The notes beneath the pieces were generated by a model that saw only the letters and a program-made list of their open reading frames with translations, had not been told where the DNA came from and did no database searches. Of a stretch of DNA of 64,000 nucleotides, positions 58,151 to 64,000 are shown piece by piece. Numbering within the stretch: position 1 is the stretch's first letter; every line of letters starts with the position of its first letter. Both the position numbers and the translations under genes were made by a program. Where the stretch lies: contig NC_068994.1 of the NCBI RefSeq assembly GCF_001194135.2, forward strand, positions 28,353 to 92,352, read 5' to 3'. The DNA is from Octopus bimaculoides. Its lineage: Eukaryota.

Positions 58151-59116
58151 CTTCACTGTCTGGTTGTTCTTATGTCGATATTATCAGCAAGCATTGCACA
58201 TATATCAAATAAAATACTTTTAACAAAACAGAATATACAGCAGGCAAAACAAGATACACAGAACTACGCTCGGCTGTGCTGTGGAAGAACGTAATAACAA
58301 TAGAAGAACGGGAAAATAACATTAATGTTTTTGAAAGAAGGGCGACGAACAGATTACAAAGACAGGGTGGAATCTAGTGAAGAAGAGGTCAGAGCGAATG
58401 GAAATCAACAAACGAAAGGGTGGGGACATGTATCGAAAAATATGAAATATAGAAATATAAAAAAAAATATGAAAATGTAAGTCCTAAAATGGGGAAAGCC
58501 ATCTGGGGCAAAACAGGGCATTTCACACAGCCCTAAACATCTTTCAAATACCTTCTACCTGCCAAGCAATTACAAACGCATATTGTTATTTGAAACATTC
58601 ACCTAAATCCGGTTGGTCAATTTTATTATATAAATGATAGTTTAAAGAAAAGAAACTGACGACAACTTGGCCGTCAGGCAGGGGAAAATAAAGATCAATG
58701 GTGGACACCAGAGTAAAATGATCGATAAGAAACGATACACGTTACTAAGACTTGCAAGCAGCGCCTGTTGCCGCTGCGACTGCTGCTACAAGCAGCAGCA
58801 CACTACAATCGTTGCTACTACAATTCCTATTGCCGCTGCTGTTGTTTCCGCTGTGAGTACTTAGCGACTGTTGTTAGGATAAGGATGTAAACACACACAC
58901 ACACACACACGTTATTGCAACTTATGACATATCAGGACACAGACGCAAAAGACTGTGCATAATACCAAACTTAATGTATGTGTGTGTGTGTGTGTGTCAT
59001 GATATTTGAATATCATGAGATTAAAATACATTTATCCTCATATGTTAAATTCAAATTACGACAAACGTAAATAAACAAACGAAGTTTGCTTTTAGAAGCG
59101 TTGAGATGTCTTTTAG

Positions 59117-59407
59117 AAAGTTAAAGAAGTGATTTTAAATTCTCAATCGCAGAATAATGCTAATAATATAGCCTGAACAGGATAAACTATCCCTATTTTG
59201 CAGAGATAAGTGTAGGTGGCTAGCTGTGGACACGAACTCACATCCCCGTGATTACATGTCACGATGCTTTGACCGATTAAGCTAAACTACCCACTACAAA
59301 TTCCTCTGCAAATTTAAGATGTTGCAAAATAGGGGTAGTTTATCCTGTTCAGGCTATATTATTAGCATTATTCTGCGATTGAGAATTTAAATCACTTCTT
59401 TAACTTT
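59117..59407. repeat. Foldback element with about 85-bp inverted arms around a tRNA-like core
   Basis: 59117-59202 is the near-perfect reverse complement of 59323-59407. Confidence 0.92.
59218..59291 (-). pseudogene. tRNA-Thr(TGT)-like pseudogene
   Basis: D stem GCTT/AAGC, anticodon stem CGTGA/TCACG with loop CATGTAA, GTTCG T-loop; T stem one base short and A at position 33. Confidence 0.55.
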
Positions 59408-59559
59408 ATCCTCGTTTATCACGGGAATTTGATTCTAAAAACACCGTGTTAAATAAATCGCTGATAAATGCGAAACAGAATATAAGAGGGAAATAGGTTT
59501 CATCCGGTGACCCCTTGTTGTTTCCCTAACCCTAACCCAAATAACACCTTGAAGGTACG

Positions 59560-59790
59560 GCAGCTCGGAAAACTCACTCTGATCGTTCTGATAAGAAAAG
59601 AACTCCTGAATTTGTTGGTGAGATCCAGGTGATGTTTGACAAGGATCCCTCCAAGTCAGTCAGGGACATGAGAGTGTCTGAGTTTCTTATTAGACAGGTA
59701 ATGCATGCACACATTTGGCATTCCTCATACAAGATGAGAAAGGGCCAATTTTTATCCCAAGCCATCAAGACAAGAGAAAAGTCCTTAATG
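59560..59790 (+). mobile_element. Tc1/mariner-superfamily transposase N-terminal fragment (DD37D/maT-like)
   Basis: RKTHSDRSDKKRTPEFVGEIQ...DPSKSVRDM.VSEFLIRQV...YKMRKGQFLS. Confidence 0.7.
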
Positions 59791-60900
59791 CTCACATGGG
59801 GATGTGGGGTATAATTATCCAGTCTGGGAAACGTACAAAGAACAATTTCATAACCACTAACAATGAAGTCCCACCCCTATATGACCTTCGTAAAGAAAAG
59901 AGCTACACAGATCATGTACTTGGGCCACCTACCCGACCTGTTTGTAGTGCTAACAACCACAAAATATATTTTCTCTCGCAATTCCTACGACCCTTAATAG
60001 AATTATCTGCAGATGTATGTGATAGTACAGAAGACCTCCTTAGCAGGATCCGCGAATGCAACAACACATGTGACCTCAGTGACCACATCGTTGGTAGCAT
60101 GGATGTGGTATCCCTGTATCCTTCTATTGATGTAGACTTTGCTATACAGTTAGTTTGTGAGAGTAATATGATATTTAAAAATGTGGATGTATATGAACTC
60201 GGCCTCTTCCTGACCCTGACTTGTACCGACGAATATCTGTCATGCAATAATCTTGTATATGCTTGTCCCACCCAGCGATGTCCAGTACTACCGAAATCAA
60301 CATCCTCGTGGCAGACTTAGAGTAATGAGGAACGTATCCCCACTATGCCAACCACAACAACGACAACAACACATCCAGCACCATATATTCCGAATGCAAC
60401 GTTCCGGATACACACAGCATGATAGAACCAGGGTGTACAATGGAACGAAAACAAAATTCGAACGCATCCTAAGAGATGCTGAAAACGGTATATGGCCCCT
60501 GTACCGCAACAAGTTCTGGAATAGGTTAGAGGGGGAGGCCAACAAAAGAAATAAGAACGATACTTGGTATGATAACAAGAAGTTTCACAGTGTAATGTTT
60601 GTTGATGCTACACCTATGAACGTATTAAGTAAGGCATTCAAGAAAATCCTGCACACAACTGGCCTTAAGATCAAAGTTGCAGAAAAGACAGGTAGGACTA
60701 TCAAATCTGTATTATGTAGATCATATCCGTTTGATAGAATCATCTGTCAAAATAATTGTGCAGTATGTCCTACCAGATCAAGTGCCAAGAAGGAGCTTGC
60801 GCGACTAACCCAGAGTCATACATTGGTGAGACTTCTAGGAGTATCAATGATAGGCTCAAAGAACACCTGGACAACTACATTGAAAAAAAACAAACAAACT
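59790..60900 (+). mobile_element. Penelope-like element (RT N-part and GIY-YIG endonuclease), internally deleted
   Basis: TRPVCS, STEDLL, VGSMDVVSLYPSID, VMFVDATP, YQIKC...YIGETSRSINDRLKEH. Confidence 0.88.
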
Positions 60901-62379
60901 CCATCTTCACACGTGTGCGTGTGAGCGCGTGTGTATACATGCATGTGTGTGTGTGTGTGTATACAACCTTCGACAAGGTAACAGTCATGTATACAACTTG
61001 AACAGAGACATATCAGTGCATAAACATACGTTCATATGTACATGTGTATGTATGTATGTGTGTGTGTGTGTGTGTTTCCGTGCTGCTTTGTTCATCTCTC
61101 TCTCTGTCTCTCACACACCACCTGCAGCATAATTGAGAAAGGAAGAGTTGCGGAAAGCTAAGACAGAGAGAATGACGGTAGGAGACGGAGAAGGAAAGAA
61201 CAGAAGGGAGAGGGGGAGAGTGTCTGGTGAGAAATGAAAGAGAGATAGAAATTTGAGGGAAGAAATAGACACAAAGAACAATGGAAGGAGAGAGGGGGGA
61301 CGGAAAAGGGGGAGGAGAGATCAAGTGTTGTTTCGTTGCCTAGCAATAGAAAAGTCACTCAATCAGCCAGGTATTTATCGATCTTTGATTAATTATGTAA
61401 CAAAAATATAGCTATGGACGTTGTTGGTGTTTACTCCAGATCAGTCGGGATCCTGGCACTATGATCAAAGAAGTTTCAGCCATAAACACCCCAGACACAG
61501 TGAATCTGGGACATCATTTAATGTATAGTGGTTAATCTCAGTAGCTTTAGTTTATGGCTGGTCGTGGTCTCCCGTGGTGAAACCATCTGATAACGACTCC
61601 GTTCAGAAAGCTGGAATAGAAGATGCCATTCGAAGAAAGACCACTGTACAATGAATAGTCACAAAACCAAGCTGTAGCTTTCAAATGCCTTTTACTCCAG
61701 ATCACAAATATATACAAGCTGAATAAACCGCGAAAGGGATTTAGAAGTGTTCAGCTTCTGTGTATCCTGTATCATATCCGTTCAATGTCTGTTAGCTGTT
61801 GCGTGTGTTATGCAAGAGCTAATGAGGTCAGGTCCTTGCACTCTGCTGTCGCGATGACAAAGAGAAAGGACTGAGTGCCGGAACCTCAGAGTTATACGCT
61901 GTGCCACCTAGTAGTGAGCTATTTAGACAGCTAGTCAGGGGAGGTAACTGCGCCTACAGCACCCCGACTCTTAAACCGCAAACGGTCAAACAAAACGAAG
62001 GCAGGCGAAACGTACGTGCGCAACAGAAGGGCACAGAATAATGAAACACGGCAAAACAGTTGTATAAACAATGCAAGAGTACAAACATGGAAGAAACATG
62101 CAGAAAAACGTGTCTGTTCTTGTAGAAAACAAAATGTATGATAGACAGAATCCGAACTATAGCAGAACAATTGAAAATATACATTGCAAATGTGTAAAAA
62201 GAAACATTCATCAAAGAAAGATGTCCAATCAAACAGAACGAAGTATGATACAAAAATCTTGTTGAAAGATGTGTGTGTATGCTGCGTATGTATGTATATA
62301 TATATATATATATATATATNNNNNNNNNNGTAAAAAAACCAAAAACAAAATCAAGAGATTTGGTGAATAAAATTTGAAA

Positions 62380-62750
62380 ATAAGCAACAAAAATTCAATA
62401 GGTTATAGCAGTACGAACGTTTCGTACAAGCTCCATTTATTCATGTAGTGAGAACACCACAGAATGTACAATGAAAATGTACTCTTCAGCTGCATAATGG
62501 AATTCCATTTTAGAAAGACATTTTGAAGATGGTTGCAACTGCTGAACAGCAGCATAGTCGAGATGATGTTTTCTTCTCTTACTCTTGTTTTTTGCAAACA
62601 TCTTCAAAATGTCTTTCTAAAATGAAATTCCATTATGCAGCTGAGGAGTACATTTTCATTGTACATTCTGTGGTGTTCTCACTACATGAATAAATGGAGC
62701 TTGTACGAAACGTACGTACTGCTATAACCTATTGAATTATTGTTGCTTAT
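62380..62750. repeat. Foldback/MITE with about 159-bp inverted arms and about 53-bp loop
   Basis: 62380-62538 is the near-perfect reverse complement of 62592-62750. Confidence 0.92.
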
Positions 62751-62751
62751 C

Positions 62752-62793
<42 letters not shown>

Positions 62794-62914
62794 TAGTGTT
62801 TCTTTGTAAGTAAACGTGTGAAAATGCACAATGATACAGAAAGAGATGAAATATGAGTGCGGTGTCTATAACATACATAAGTCTATTCTCCGGAACAGTC
62901 ACTGGTGAGACAAA

Positions 62915-63595
62915 GTTAAGAAGTGTAAATAGTCTGAGACAATTTCTTCGGCCAATGAACCGATCTGCCAGAACGTGTCCTGTAAGGGTGAAGAATGCAT
63001 TTGTGTAGTTGGTGTTTTGGTGAGTGGAGGTGGTGCTTGTGGGGGGAGGGGTGGCAGTGTTTGTGGAATGATGGGTGTGTCAGCAAGTGGCATAAATGTT
63101 TCAGAAAAGGCTTTTTTAAACTTTATCGATAGAGACCGTCTCTTTTTTTTCCCCCGTGAATGTCCACAGTAAACAGCTTCGGTGAGTTCCTAAGAACACG
63201 ATGGGGACCAGAGTAGGGAGGTGTGAGCGGTCCCTTGGCGGCATCATTTCTTACAAACACGTGAGTTCAATTAGAAATATCCGGAGGTCTGCAAAAGAAA
63301 CAGACTGGGCGCGGGGAAGCATTGGTGGCAGGTCAGCAAAGAATGACCTGACGTAAGATGCAAGATCCGCATTCGGTAAGTCGAGACGGGCGCCATCATT
63401 TGGCCAGGAAGTGCCAAAGTGGTGCCATATAAGAGTTCAGCAGAAGAGTAGTCTAAATTCTCCTTAACAGCTGAACAACCCTCCAATAGAACGATGGGAA
63501 GAAACTCGGACTAACGATGACGATCAGGAGTAGCACGGATAGCGGTTTTAAGTTGGCAATGGAACCGTTCCACCATCCCGTGAGGGTTCATGGCC
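62915..63595 (-). mobile_element. Ty3/Gypsy integrase C-terminal fragment
   Basis: GMVERFHCQLK, SSAELLYGTTLALPG, THVFVRNDA.KGPLTPPYSGP (GPY/F), TRSGRSVHWP. Confidence 0.88.
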
Positions 63596-63956
63596 TAGTG
63601 GCTAGTGTGTTGCACACACGCACACGCGCGCACGCACACGCACATAGAGCTTAGTGTACAAACTGAAGAGTAATCATTTCATGAAATAGAGTTTATACTT
63701 ATTGGAAAACAGCCCGTGACCATTTTTCATTGTTACCCAAAGGTTAGCGTGAGGTATGAGGCTGCGATCTGTCGGGTACAGCGGTTTCCCTAACCATTGA
63801 AGAATTCTTACGTAACCCTAACTTTTCACTCGTGCTTGATGAAATGATTAAATATTAATTATTAAACTTAAGTATTTCTTTGGCCGTATAATTGCTTCTA
63901 TTTTTGTAACTCACTGAATTTGACATATTAACGTTAACTGAACTGCGTTTTCAACC

Positions 63957-64000
<44 letters not shown>

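Overview
AT-rich eukaryotic genomic DNA dense in microsatellites, SINEs, LINEs and DNA transposons. The repeat landscape looks like an octopod cephalopod (inference, no search run). There are five N gaps: 6067-6166, 15793-15882, 31030-31039, 44442-44541 and 62320-62329. Splicing exons by hand with GT-AG boundaries and matching phases gives two partial genes. (1) Minus strand, ATG 42155 down to at least 855: 14 exons, 3093 nt, 1031 uninterrupted codons, running out of the window. Its architecture is MGCxxS lipidation motif - linker - three or four tandem beta-rich repeats I cannot assign - malectin-like domain - FBA (F-box-associated) N-glycan-binding domain without an F-box - DUF4062 (LYVSSTFKDVTKEREEL). 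(2) Plus strand, 44651-53936: 9 exons, about 454 codons, ending in TAG. It encodes the post-NACHT helical region and TPR array typical of NPHP3/TTC41-like STAND NTPases, has no visible 5' end and starts 110 bp after a 100-N gap. The two pieces are complementary halves of a DUF4062-NACHT-TPR protein, so they probably belong to one gene split by a mis-oriented scaffold join or a real inversion, with the NACHT exons expected left of the window. The main candidate novelty is a lipid-anchored, cytosolic, double-lectin STAND/NLR-like receptor. The rest is mostly decayed mobile DNA: Gypsy, mariner/Tc1, hAT nested in Penelope, an R4/Dong-type LINE in a TAA microsatellite, RTE, Tx1/L1 and CR1-like fragments, tRNA-derived SINEs and several foldback MITEs.
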